Shown in pieces: positions 49,417-59,276 of a stretch of DNA of 64,000 bases (position 1 is its first letter; each line of letters begins with the position of its first letter). The notes under the pieces are model-generated. The model was not told where the DNA came from and did not search any database. It worked only from the letters and a program-made list of their open reading frames with translations. The stretch is from contig CAXXVZ010000005.1 in assembly GCA_963678065.2 (NCBI GenBank), forward strand, positions 640,001 to 704,000. The letters are read 5' to 3'. The position numbers and the translations under genes are program-made. The stretch comes from Treponemataceae bacterium. GTDB taxonomy: Bacteria; Spirochaetota; Spirochaetia; Treponematales; Rectinemataceae.

Positions 49417-50454
49417 ATGGCTGTCACTGTAAGGGATATAGCGCAGAAGGCGAATGTGTCCGCGGCAACCGTATCCCTCGTTCTCAACGGGAAACCGGGA
49501 ATCTCGGAAGACACCCGGACCCGCGTGATGCAGGCGGCTATCGATCTCAACTATTCCCTCATCTCGGCCAAAGGCCCGAAGAGCGGCAAGAACGGGACGA
49601 TCAGGTTTCTCAAAATCGCGAAGCACGGGCACACCGTCAACAGGGACCACAACGTATTCATATCCGACTACATCGACGGGATGTCCACTGAGGCCGGGCA
49701 GCGGGGTTACAAGCTCGAGATCGTCACCTTCCACGGCGCCCCGATCGAGGAGGTCGCGCAGAGCCTCCCGGGGAGCGGCCTCGACGGCGCCATAATCCTC
49801 GGCACCGAACTATCCGAGACCGACATCCAGCTCTTCCAGGGACCGAACTTCCCTCCCCTCGTGGTGATCGACACTTCTTACGACTTCCTGGACTTCAATT
49901 TCGTCAACATGAACAACAAGGATGCCGTCTTCAAAATCGTGTCGCACTTCCACGACAGGGGTTTCCGGAAGATAGGACTCATCTCCAGCAACGTGAAGAC
50001 GCGCAATTTCCAGCTCAGGAAGGACGCGTTCATCCAGACGGTGCGCGAGTTCGGTCTCGACTTCAACGAGAAGGACATCATCCTCGTCGACTCGACCTAC
50101 CATGGCGCCTACGAGGACATGCTTTGCATCCTCAAGGACGGAATCGAACTGCCTGAGTGCTTCTTCTGCACGAACGATATCATCACGTACGGCTGCATCA
50201 AGGCGCTGAGGGAGTCGGGGGTGCAGATACCCCGGGATCTCTCCATCATCGGATTCGACAACCTCCCCATGAGCTCGACGATGGACCCGCCTCTCACGAC
50301 CATCGATGTGTCGAAGCAGAAAATCGGCCACTTCGCCATCACCCTCCTCGATGAGCTCATCGGGGCGCCCGAAAAACAGCCTGCCGTCAAGGTCCTCGTC
50401 GGGGCTAATCTCATCGTCCGCAAGAGCGTCAGTTCCAGGTCCGATCAGGGCTAG
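49417..50454 (+). CDS. LacI-family transcriptional regulator
   Basis: TVRDIAQKANVSAATVSLVLN; IPRDLSIIGFDN..PPLTT. Confidence 0.95.
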   Translation: MAVTVRDIAQKANVSAATVSLVLNGKPGISEDTRTRVMQAAIDLNYSLISAKGPKSGKNGTIRFLKIAKHGHTVNRDHNVFISDYIDGMSTEAGQRGYKLEIVTFHGAPIEEVAQSLPGSGLDGAIILGTELSETDIQLFQGPNFPPLVVIDTSYDFLDFNFVNMNNKDAVFKIVSHFHDRGFRKIGLISSNVKTRNFQLRKDAFIQTVREFGLDFNEKDIILVDSTYHGAYEDMLCILKDGIELPECFFCTNDIITYGCIKALRESGVQIPRDLSIIGFDNLPMSSTMDPPLTTIDVSKQKIGHFAITLLDELIGAPEKQPAVKVLVGANLIVRKSVSSRSDQG

Positions 50455-50502
50455 AAGCGAAACCACACAGGCGCCGGCCTTGCGCCGGCCAGGGAGAAAA
50501 CA

Positions 50503-51480
50503 ATGCCAAACTATTCGGTGATCCTCGGGAATCTGGGCAATACCTGCGACCGCTTCCTCTCGAGCGGGTACAAAGAACAGCCCGACAAGGAGACCATGAT
50601 CCGCCAGGCGGCGGAAATAGAGGGCGTGAAAGGCATCGAGCTCGTCGGAAGCTGGGACATAACGGAAGAGAACGCCGACGAAGTGGGCGACTGGCTGGTC
50701 AAGTATGGCCTCGAGTGCGTCTCCATCATTCCGGACCTTTTTTCCCAGAAGCGCTGGGGGTCGGGCTCGATAGCGTCGAAAGATCCTTCAATCAGAGCCC
50801 AGGCCGTGGAGTATATCGACTCCATGGCCGGACTGGCCAAAAAACTCGGCTGCGCCACGCTCAACATCTGGCCCGGCCAGGACGGATACGACTACTCGCT
50901 GCAGTCCGATTTCCGGCGCGAACGCCAGTGGCTCTCGCAGAGCATCGTCGCCGCGGCTTCGGCCCATCCGGAGATCCGATTCGCCCTCGAGTACAAAATG
51001 AAGGAGCCGCGCACCCACTCCTTCCTCGCCCGCGCGGCGGACACCCTGGTCGTCGCGCAGTCCACGGGGCTCGACAACGTGGGCGTCACGATCGATACGG
51101 GGCACTCCTTCCTCGCCTACGAAAACGTGGCGGAGGCCGCCGTCATGCTCGACATGTACGGCAAGAAGCTCTTCCACCTCCACTTCAACGACAACTACCG
51201 CTACTGGGACGACGACATGATCGTCGGCTCCGTCCACCTCGTCGAATACCTCGAACTCCTATTCTGGCTGAAGGAGATCGGCTACGCGGGCTGGTACTCG
51301 ATGGACCAGTACCCCTACCGCGAGGACGGGCAAAAGGCCATCCGCGAGAGCGTGCGCTTCGTGGCGGCCCTCGATGCCATGCTCGACGAGACGGCCATGG
51401 CGGAGATCCGCGGACTGCTCGCACAGGGGAAGGCTGTCGAGTCGCAGGCCTGGTTCAGGCGGAAGATATTCGGGCGCTAG
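50503..51480 (+). CDS. Xylose-isomerase-like TIM-barrel sugar isomerase (resembles the D-apiose isomerase subfamily)
   Basis: IWPGQDGYDY, LEYK.KEPR, DTGH, HFNDN..WDDDMIVG, DQYPYRED. Confidence 0.85.
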   Translation: MPNYSVILGNLGNTCDRFLSSGYKEQPDKETMIRQAAEIEGVKGIELVGSWDITEENADEVGDWLVKYGLECVSIIPDLFSQKRWGSGSIASKDPSIRAQAVEYIDSMAGLAKKLGCATLNIWPGQDGYDYSLQSDFRRERQWLSQSIVAAASAHPEIRFALEYKMKEPRTHSFLARAADTLVVAQSTGLDNVGVTIDTGHSFLAYENVAEAAVMLDMYGKKLFHLHFNDNYRYWDDDMIVGSVHLVEYLELLFWLKEIGYAGWYSMDQYPYREDGQKAIRESVRFVAALDAMLDETAMAEIRGLLAQGKAVESQAWFRRKIFGR

Positions 51481-51530
51481 AGGGGAATGCGGGGGATGAC
51501 GGCATCTGCGCCGTTCATTCCCCTTTTTTT
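51481..51530 (+). terminator. Terminator after the isomerase gene
   Basis: AGGGGAATG…CATTCCCCT followed by a T run; overlaps the end of the convergent GNAT gene. Confidence 0.5.
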
Positions 51531-52261
51531 CTGTACCAATATCTGTACGATTCTCCGAACCCGATTTTCCGATAGAGATTCATCGCCGCCGCGTTGTTCA
51601 CCATCACCTGCAAATACGCGGTCTTCGCGCCTTGTTCCCGCGCTCTTTCAAGGATTCCCCGCACTATGCCTTCCCCTATTCCCCTCCTCCGCATCGATTC
51701 CTCGACGACGATATCGAATATTCCCACACACCCCCGCTCCTGTGCGCCGAATCCACAAGCGATCATCTTGCCGTCGATTCTTTTGCTCGCCACGACTTTA
51801 TTCAGGTCGATGTTGCGCAGCATCGCTTTCATGACAGCGTGATACCGCCCGGCGATTTTGTTGCACTCGATGAATCCCTTTTCCCACTCTTCGGAAAAAT
51901 CGCTTTCACGATCGATCTGAAACTCAATTCCATGCTCTGTCGGACCGAGCGGCATCGTCATCACGATTGTTTCGTCGAGACGGGCGTAGGCCCGCGCGTC
52001 GAGCACGCTTTCAATTCCCCGCTGCTCTTCGCCATCGATCAATTTGAACACAACGGGGAGACCCCGTCGCCGATAGATTCGTTCGCAGCTGTCTATTTTT
52101 TCTTCGATGTCGATATGCGAACGGTAAATCGGGTTTATCGAGTTGGCCCGCTTCGTGTACCCCTCCGAAAACCGGAGAATCCACCCGTCATACAGTCTGG
52201 TCTGAAGCGAGGGCCACGCGTTCATGGATAATTCCTCGATCATCTGGCTCATGCACATCAT
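51515..52261 (-). CDS. GNAT-family acetyltransferase
   Basis: NAWP..YDGWILRF..GYTKRANS, RRRGIG, AYLQV..N..A..LYRKIGF; GGGAGG RBS. Confidence 0.9.
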   Translation of the reverse strand: MMCMSQMIEELSMNAWPSLQTRLYDGWILRFSEGYTKRANSINPIYRSHIDIEEKIDSCERIYRRRGLPVVFKLIDGEEQRGIESVLDARAYARLDETIVMTMPLGPTEHGIEFQIDRESDFSEEWEKGFIECNKIAGRYHAVMKAMLRNIDLNKVVASKRIDGKMIACGFGAQERGCVGIFDIVVEESMRRRGIGEGIVRGILERAREQGAKTAYLQVMVNNAAAMNLYRKIGFGESYRYWYRKKGE

Positions 52262-52358
52262 CCGGCCTCCCTGATTCCGAGTGTCCTTTTTTGTCCGACA
52301 CACTTTCTCGGTGCCGCCCGGTCTGACGGCGCCCCCGTCCGGGTCGGACGGCGCCCTT

Positions 52359-52907
52359 TCAGCCGACATTCTTTCCTGGCGCGAACCAGACACCATCGCG
52401 CACATAGTGCAGCCGCTCGCGCCATGCCTCGTGCCGCGCGCAGGCGCGGAGCACTTCGCCCGCGACGATCGCAGATGTCCCTTCTACTGCGACGCTGGCG
52501 AGTCTGCACTCGAGCCATCCCGCGACGCCTTCGGGGACGAGCGCGTCGACCCGCAGCGCGCCGAACGCGGGGATGCCGAAGCGGGCGTACTTGTCGACGT
52601 CGCGTCCCGACACGGAGCCGGTTTTCTCGACGAGCTCTTTCTGCCGGAAAGAGGGCAGAGCCAGGACGAATTCGCCCGAGGCACAGAGATCCTCGTAGGT
52701 TCGGTGGCCCGTGTCGCAGACAAAGAGAATTCTGGACACGGGTTCGTAGTCGAGCGGACAGCACCAGGCCACAGGGGCGAGGTCGTAGCGGGCCTTCCCG
52801 CCCTCTTCGTTCCCCTCCGCGCGTCCCTTCGTGCAGACAAGGACGAGTCCGCCAGCGTTCTGCAGGGTGTATGCCTCGCCGACCGCGATTTCCTCATATT
52901 CTTCCAC
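52359..52907 (-). CDS. Flavin reductase-like FMN-binding protein
   Basis: APVAW, GSVSGRDVDK, GWLECR, GEV, LHY. Confidence 0.85.
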   Translation of the reverse strand: MEEYEEIAVGEAYTLQNAGGLVLVCTKGRAEGNEEGGKARYDLAPVAWCCPLDYEPVSRILFVCDTGHRTYEDLCASGEFVLALPSFRQKELVEKTGSVSGRDVDKYARFGIPAFGALRVDALVPEGVAGWLECRLASVAVEGTSAIVAGEVLRACARHEAWRERLHYVRDGVWFAPGKNVG

Positions 52908-52961
52908 GCTTCCGCCTCCTTGGCATTTCCGTTCAGGATGCCCGGAGCCATACTATCATGA

Positions 52962-53579
52962 TCAGGGACTGAACTGCGCGAGAAAATCCGCCAAGGCTGT
53001 TTCGTCGCCATTCAGGGCTTCTGCCGGCGAGCGGCCATGGGCCACGACGGCGGCGACCGCATCGCGGGGGGAGTAAGCTCGCGCGGCGACGAGCCAGGCG
53101 GCGAGGACATGGCCTGTTCTTCCATAGCCGCCCGAGCAGTGGACGAGGACGCGTTCGCCGGCTTCGTCGGCGTCGCGCAGGAAGGGCAGGATCGAGCCCC
53201 TGAATACCTGCGGATCGACGAGGGTGTAGTCTTCGATAGGAGCGAAGAGGACATGTTGCCCGCCGAAAGCGCGGCGGTAGCTGCCCGGAAGGTCATCGTA
53301 GTAGTCGAGCTGTCTTCCGTCGAGGAGACAGCAGAGGCGCGACACGCCGACGCGGCGCAGGTCCCCGATCCAGTCCTCCACTGTCTCGGAAGGCACCATG
53401 GAGGAAGGATAGCCCGGCCGGGACGCCCCGAACACTGTCCTCTCCGTGTCCGAAGCGCTGTCGAAACGGTACAGGGTGAACAGGTCTTTGGGGCCGCAAG
53501 GGTCCATGCACCGTCTCCATTCCGGGAGGGGCGATACGGCATCGCGCGCGGCGGAATCAGTCAATCCAGTCGGTGTCAT
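52962..53579 (-). CDS. Dual-specificity/tyrosine phosphatase-family protein
   Basis: P-loop VHCSGGYGRTG (CX5R) and PIEDY acid loop; start uncertain. Confidence 0.85.
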   Translation of the reverse strand: MTPTGLTDSAARDAVSPLPEWRRCMDPCGPKDLFTLYRFDSASDTERTVFGASRPGYPSSMVPSETVEDWIGDLRRVGVSRLCCLLDGRQLDYYDDLPGSYRRAFGGQHVLFAPIEDYTLVDPQVFRGSILPFLRDADEAGERVLVHCSGGYGRTGHVLAAWLVAARAYSPRDAVAAVVAHGRSPAEALNGDETALADFLAQFSP

Positions 53580-54012
53580 TGTCCTTTTGCCTGGGAATGG
53601 TCGTGACGGGTGGGAAGTCCGGGTCCTCCGGAATCGTGCCCTGCACGGTTCCGAGCTCCGGGTCGGGGATATCCGTCTGGAACGGTCCGGAAAGGTCCTC
53701 GCGGAATTGGCGCCAGGATGGGTATGCCGCGACAGCCAAGGCGGCGAGAAGGATGGCCGCGACGATGGGAGCGGCGGGCGACCGCCGTGCGGAGCCCGGC
53801 CCGAAGAGGCGGGCGCGAACCGTGCATGTCACTCCTGCGGCCAAAAAGCAGGCGAGGGTCGAGAACGGTACGAAGGAACAGATCGATCGGTACCCGAACA
53901 TGTTGAGTGTGTATGTGAAAGGGTTCGGCACAAGGGTGACGGCGCCTGCGGCCGTGAACACGAAGCTGGCCCCGAGAAGGAGCCGGTAGAAGGTCTCTCT
54001 CCTGATCTTCAT
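53557..54012 (-). CDS. Hypothetical 3-TM membrane protein
   Basis: Hydrophobic helices around GYRSICSFVPFST; GGAAGG RBS. Confidence 0.7.
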   Translation of the reverse strand: MKIRRETFYRLLLGASFVFTAAGAVTLVPNPFTYTLNMFGYRSICSFVPFSTLACFLAAGVTCTVRARLFGPGSARRSPAAPIVAAILLAALAVAAYPSWRQFREDLSGPFQTDIPDPELGTVQGTIPEDPDFPPVTTIPRQKDNDTDWID

Positions 54013-54224
54013 TTCCTTCCATGAACACGAAGCGGGCCGGTCTTGTCAACGGAGGCGGAGCATGGCCCCCCTTGCGTGAGATATATTTATTATAGTTTGC
54101 CAGCGATCCGGCTTCACGGGAATTTGTTTGATCAGTCTAACTCTTTTCCATATAAGTAAGTGTATTCGAACTTTTTCCGTCGGACGATTGGTTCCGGATC
54201 CCATATCGCGTATTATTTCCCTCC

Positions 54225-56774
54225 ATGAAAACCATCAATGACCCCGAGGAACTCTTCGGGCTGACCGACGAAGACGTCATCGCCCGGATTTCTTCCGAGG
54301 GCTACAACGAGCTGCCACAGGCAAAGCAGCGAAGTGTCTTTCACATAGCTCTGGAAGTCATCAAGGAACCGATGTTCATCCTTCTTCTGCTCTGCGGCCT
54401 CCTCTACCTCATGCTTGGAGACGCCGGGGAAGCCCTCATGCTGCTCGGCTTCGTCGCCGTAGTCATGGGCATCACGCTTTACCAGGAGAACAAGACGGAG
54501 AAGGCGCTCGAGGCGCTGCGCAACCTCTCGAGCCCGCGGGCGCTCGTCGTCAGGAACGGCGAGAAGATCAGGATCGCGGGACGGGATGTCGTCCGCGACG
54601 ACACCGTCCTCCTCTCCGAGGGAGACAGGGTGCCCGCGGACGCTCTGCTCCTGCGGGCGACCAATCTCAAGGCCGACGAGTCGCTCCTGACCGGCGAATC
54701 CGTGCCTGTCCGCAAGAAGGCATGGGACGGCATCTCGGAATCCGGCAGGCCGGGCGGAGACGATCTCCCGACAGTGTATTCAGGATCCATGGTTGTCTCG
54801 GGTCAGGGTATAGCCCGCGTCATCGCGACGGGTCCGCGGACCGAGATCGGCAAGATCGGTACGGCGCTGCAGACGCTGGAAATCGAGAGCACCGGACTGC
54901 AGAAACAGACCGCCGCCATCGTGAAGACCTTCGGAGCCGTCGGCGCGGTACTCTGCGTCACCGTCATCGTCCTTTTCGGACTGACAAGGGGAAACTGGAT
55001 CGAGGGAATCCTGGCCGGACTCTCGCTGGCCATGGCGACTCTGCCCGAAGAATTCCCCGTCGTCATGACGATCTTCCTCGCGCTGGGAGCATGGCGGATT
55101 TCAAAGCGGAACGTGCTCACGCGGAGAGTTGCGGCGATCGAGACCCTCGGCGCGGCGACGGTCCTGTGCACGGACAAGACCGGCACGCTGACCATGAACC
55201 GCATGACTGTGGCCAGACTGGGATACGAGGGCGATTTTTCCGAAGTGAAGGAAGGACTCGCTTCCCTGCCCGAGCACCTGCACGAGATAGTCGAATACGC
55301 CGTCCTCGCGAGTCCGGCAGATCCCTTCGACCCGATGGAGAAGGCCATGCGCGAGCTCGCCGCCCGCACTCTGTCCGGAACCGAACACGTGCACGCCGAC
55401 TGGAAGCTCGTGCGCGAGTACCCTCTGTCGGACAAGCTCCTCGCCATGTCCCATGTCTGGGAGTCTCCCGACCACGAACACTATGTCATCGCGGCCAAGG
55501 GCGCCCCGGAAGCGATCGCCGGACTCTGTCACTTCGACGAGAGGCGGGTGGCCGGGCTTCGGGCCGACATCGAGTGTCTGGCCGCCGATGGCCTGCGCGT
55601 ACTCGGCGTCGCCTCCGCTACCTTCGACCGGCTGAGCCTTCCCGAGGCCCAGCACGACTTCGTGTTCCGCTTCATCGGCCTCATGGGTTTGCACGATCCT
55701 GTGCGGCCCGGCGTTCCGGAGGCCGTCACGATGTGCAGGACAGCCGGCATCCGCGTCGTCATGATCACCGGCGACTATCCGGGAACCGCGATCTCCATCG
55801 CGAAGCAGATCGGGCTCGACGGGCCCGGGAATGTCATAACCGGTCCCGAACTGGAGAAAATGGACGACGCAGAACTCGCGAAACGCATCGCGCACACGTC
55901 GGTATTCGCGAGGGCGGTGCCGGAACAGAAACTCAGGATCGTGTCGGCGCTCAAGGCGAACGACGACATCGTCGCCATGACAGGCGACGGAGTCAACGAC
56001 GCACCGGCGCTGAAGGCCGCGCACATCGGCGTGGCCATGGGCGGCCGCGGCACGGATGTCGCGAGAGAGTCGGGCGCCCTCGTCCTCCTCGACGACGATT
56101 TCGGGTCCATCGTGCAGGCGGCGCGCGTCGGCAGGCGGATCTTCGACAACATGCAGAAGGCGATGACTTTCATTTTTTCGGTTCACCTGCCGATCGCGGG
56201 CATGTCCTTCCTGCCCGTCCTCTTCGGGTGGCCACTCGCCCTCATGCCTGTCCACATCCTCTTCCTCGAGCTGATCATCGACCCGGCCTGCTCCGTCATC
56301 TTTGAGATGGAGGAGGAAGAGGCCGACATCATGATGAGGAAACCCCGCAGATCCGACGAGCCGCTTTTCGGCAAGCGGATGATCCGGACGGGGCTGGTCC
56401 AGGGTCTCGGCGTGCTGGCCCTGGTTGTCGGCATCTACGCCTGGGCGCTCGGTGCCGGACTCGGCGAGGGAGAGGCACGGGCCCTCGCCTTCGTCAACCT
56501 GGTATTCGGCAACCTGGGCATGATCATGTCGAACCGCTCCTGGACCCGCTCCATCTTCGAGACCCTCAGGATTCCCAATCCAGCGGTGAAGTGGGTCTGC
56601 GGCGGCGCCCTCGCCTTTCTCGCGCTCGTAGTGTTCGTCCCCGCCCTCAACTCGCTCTTCGGATTCGCCCCTCTGCACGGCTGGGAAATCGCGCTCTGTC
56701 TCGGGACGGGAGCCCTCACAATCCTTATAAACGAGGCTATGAAGCTGCCGGGCTTTCTGCGGGCGCGGGTTTGA
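54225..56774 (+). CDS. P2-type cation-translocating ATPase (Ca2+-ATPase-like)
   Basis: TGES, PEEFP, DKTGT, KGAPE, MITGD, GDGVNDAP. Confidence 0.93.
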   Translation: MKTINDPEELFGLTDEDVIARISSEGYNELPQAKQRSVFHIALEVIKEPMFILLLLCGLLYLMLGDAGEALMLLGFVAVVMGITLYQENKTEKALEALRNLSSPRALVVRNGEKIRIAGRDVVRDDTVLLSEGDRVPADALLLRATNLKADESLLTGESVPVRKKAWDGISESGRPGGDDLPTVYSGSMVVSGQGIARVIATGPRTEIGKIGTALQTLEIESTGLQKQTAAIVKTFGAVGAVLCVTVIVLFGLTRGNWIEGILAGLSLAMATLPEEFPVVMTIFLALGAWRISKRNVLTRRVAAIETLGAATVLCTDKTGTLTMNRMTVARLGYEGDFSEVKEGLASLPEHLHEIVEYAVLASPADPFDPMEKAMRELAARTLSGTEHVHADWKLVREYPLSDKLLAMSHVWESPDHEHYVIAAKGAPEAIAGLCHFDERRVAGLRADIECLAADGLRVLGVASATFDRLSLPEAQHDFVFRFIGLMGLHDPVRPGVPEAVTMCRTAGIRVVMITGDYPGTAISIAKQIGLDGPGNVITGPELEKMDDAELAKRIAHTSVFARAVPEQKLRIVSALKANDDIVAMTGDGVNDAPALKAAHIGVAMGGRGTDVARESGALVLLDDDFGSIVQAARVGRRIFDNMQKAMTFIFSVHLPIAGMSFLPVLFGWPLALMPVHILFLELIIDPACSVIFEMEEEEADIMMRKPRRSDEPLFGKRMIRTGLVQGLGVLALVVGIYAWALGAGLGEGEARALAFVNLVFGNLGMIMSNRSWTRSIFETLRIPNPAVKWVCGGALAFLALVVFVPALNSLFGFAPLHGWEIALCLGTGALTILINEAMKLPGFLRARV

Positions 56775-56789
56775 GCGCGGAGCTCCGGT

Positions 56790-58172
56790 TCAGTTCGGGC
56801 AGAATCCCCGGGCGGCCGCGCGGGCGCGTTTGTTCTCGTACATGGTCGAATCGGCGCGCTTCAGGACCTCGTCGAGAGACTCCTTCTTCTCCGGATCGTA
56901 GACTTCGACTCCGGCGCTTATGGAGAGTTGATAGTTCCTCGATCCGAGGGCGTTGAAGCTCTCCACGTTTTCCTCGAGACGGCACTGGAGCTCGCCGGGA
57001 CCCGCATCGGGATTCAGCGCGCCGAGAACGGCGAATTCGTCGCCGCCCATCCGGGCGATGATGTCCGAATTGCGGAAGCTCAGGCGGAGCATTCCCGCGG
57101 TGTCGACGATGGCGAGATCGCCCACCTCGTGGCCGTGGGTGTCGTTGATGTGTTTCATCCCGTCGAGGTCGGCGAAGAGGACGAAAAGCCGCGCGCCCGT
57201 CCTTTCGGCCCGAAGGATTTCCCTCTCCGCGAGGAGCGTGAATCCGCGCCTGTTGTAGAGGCCGGAGAGTTCGTCGGTCAGCGAGAGCTGCTGCAGTTCC
57301 CTGCGCATCCGCACCGCCTCGGTGACGTCGCGCAGGATGGCAAGGGACATTCTGCGGCCGTCCCAGTCCGTTTCCGATACCCTGGCGTCGACATTGATGA
57401 GTCTCCCGTCGGTCGTTTCCATCTCCAGTTCGCGAGTCTCTCCAGGCAGGATGGGAACTCTGTTCGCGTACTCTTTCAGGCTGTAGATCCGCGGTCCGAA
57501 CATGATCTGCGCCGCTTTGTTCGCGTAGTGGACGGTGTGATCCTGGTCGAGGACGACGATGGCGTCCTGGTTCGTTTCGAGGAGTCTGAGATAATTGGCT
57601 TCCAGGGCCTTGATGCTGGCGAGCGCCTCTTTGAGCTGGCGGATGGCGTCGAAAAGTTCCTTGTTCTTCTGGATCGCGCTCTCGTAGGTCGAGAGGAGAA
57701 GGTCGATCATCTGGATGCGCGACGAATTGAGGAAATACTTCTGGCCCGCGAAATAGACCTCGACGCCCATCTCCGCGGTCTGATTCTTGCGCAGTTCAAG
57801 GTTGGCCGAGGTGTAGCGGATGCGCGAGACCAGGACCTCGTCCTCGTAGGGTTTGGTGAGGAAGTTGTCGGCGCCGACCTTGAGCGCCTCGATGACGTCG
57901 GTGGGATCGGAGAGCGTGGTCACGAGAATGACGGGAATATCCTTGAATTCCGGGTCTGTCTTGATGGCCTCACAGAGTTCGTAGCCACCCATCTCGGGCA
58001 TCATGACGTCGGAGATGACGATGGTGGGCTTGGCCTGCCTGATCATGGCGAGGGCCTCGAGCCCATTCACGGCCGCACGGACCTCGTAGCCCTCACGCTC
58101 GAGGATGTGCCGGAGCCTCATGGCCTGGGTCTTGGAATCCTCGACGATGAGGATGTCCAGTTTCAACGGCAT
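56790..58172 (-). CDS. REC-PAS-GGDEF diguanylate cyclase (WspR-like output)
   Basis: IVEDS..DVMMP..TKP receiver; INDTHGH; RNSD I-site; MGGDEF; ATG 58172 behind GGAGG. Confidence 0.92.
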   Translation of the reverse strand: MPLKLDILIVEDSKTQAMRLRHILEREGYEVRAAVNGLEALAMIRQAKPTIVISDVMMPEMGGYELCEAIKTDPEFKDIPVILVTTLSDPTDVIEALKVGADNFLTKPYEDEVLVSRIRYTSANLELRKNQTAEMGVEVYFAGQKYFLNSSRIQMIDLLLSTYESAIQKNKELFDAIRQLKEALASIKALEANYLRLLETNQDAIVVLDQDHTVHYANKAAQIMFGPRIYSLKEYANRVPILPGETRELEMETTDGRLINVDARVSETDWDGRRMSLAILRDVTEAVRMRRELQQLSLTDELSGLYNRRGFTLLAEREILRAERTGARLFVLFADLDGMKHINDTHGHEVGDLAIVDTAGMLRLSFRNSDIIARMGGDEFAVLGALNPDAGPGELQCRLEENVESFNALGSRNYQLSISAGVEVYDPEKKESLDEVLKRADSTMYENKRARAAARGFCPN

Positions 58173-58194
58173 AATAGCCTCCACTGCAAGAGTA

Positions 58195-59262
58195 TCATTG
58201 CGTAAGCGCGAACAGAAGTTCCGCGATCGACGATGGCGGCAGGATATGGCGAGCGGCTTTTCGCCGGACCGCCTCCCCCGGCATGCCGAAGACGACCGAA
58301 CTCTCCTCGTCCTGCGCGATGGTTTCGGCGCCTCGCGAGCGCATGAGTCCGAGCTCTTCCGCCCCGTCCTGCCCCATTCCGGAGAGGAGCACGCCTATGG
58401 ACCGCGGCCCGAAGGCCTCCGCGGCCGAGGCGAAGAGCCTCGCGACGGAGGGGCGCAGTCCCGAATCGGGCGGCTCGTCCACAAGGCGGATACGCCCGTC
58501 CTTCCCGACAGTCATGTGCAGGGCGTCCGGCGCGAGGTAGACCTGGCCGGGTTTCGGGGTTTCGCCGTCCGAGGCGATGAAGACAGGCATTCCCGCGGCC
58601 GCGCCCAGCCACCCCGCCATGCCCGCGAGGAAGCCAGCGGCTATGTGCTGGACGATGAGGATGGGCAAGGGGAAGGGCTTGGGCAGACGGGAGAGCATTT
58701 CCGTGATCGCGGCGGGCCCTCCCGTCGAGGCGCCGACGACGACGATCTCCCGTTTGAGCGCCGGAACCGCGGGAACCGGCCAGGGATGGGGCTGTCCGGC
58801 CGGACGCCTGTCCTTCAGGTCCTGGTCGGAGGCGGCCGGGCGGAAGCGCCTGCGCACGACGGGGAGTCCGGCCATCGCCTTCACCGTGCGCACGAGTTCT
58901 TCCTTCATGGACATGAAGGCCGGATTCGCCGGCCCGACGGGCTTGGCCATGACGGCCACGGCGCCGGCCTGCAGGGCGCGGAAGGTCTTGTCCGCCGCAG
59001 ACGGATCCCAGGCGGCGCTCACGACCACGATTGGCAGGGGGTAGGACTCCATGATGCGCTGTGTCGTCTCGTACCCGTCCAGGCCGGGCATCTCTATATC
59101 CATGGTCACAACGTCGACCGTGTTCCGGGACAGGAAAGCGAGAGCAAGTTCCCCCGAGGCGACGGTTCCCGCGATATGTATCCCGGAATCGGAGGAGAGG
59201 ATGTAGGCGAGAAGTTCCCGGGAAATCCGGGAGTCGTCGACAATAAGAACGCGTACCACCAT
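58195..59262 (-). CDS. cheB: Chemotaxis methylesterase CheB/WspF-like
   Basis: Receiver domain plus GASTGG, VQHI, RPSV, GMGQDG, VFGMP. Confidence 0.93.
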   Translation of the reverse strand: MVVRVLIVDDSRISRELLAYILSSDSGIHIAGTVASGELALAFLSRNTVDVVTMDIEMPGLDGYETTQRIMESYPLPIVVVSAAWDPSAADKTFRALQAGAVAVMAKPVGPANPAFMSMKEELVRTVKAMAGLPVVRRRFRPAASDQDLKDRRPAGQPHPWPVPAVPALKREIVVVGASTGGPAAITEMLSRLPKPFPLPILIVQHIAAGFLAGMAGWLGAAAGMPVFIASDGETPKPGQVYLAPDALHMTVGKDGRIRLVDEPPDSGLRPSVARLFASAAEAFGPRSIGVLLSGMGQDGAEELGLMRSRGAETIAQDEESSVVFGMPGEAVRRKAARHILPPSSIAELLFALTQ

Positions 59263-59276
59263 TCCTCCAACCATGA

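Noticed and set aside
54013..54224. Mn2+ (yybP-ykoY) or other riboswitch before the P-type ATPase
   Set aside because: No matching conserved motifs or convincing multi-stem structure.
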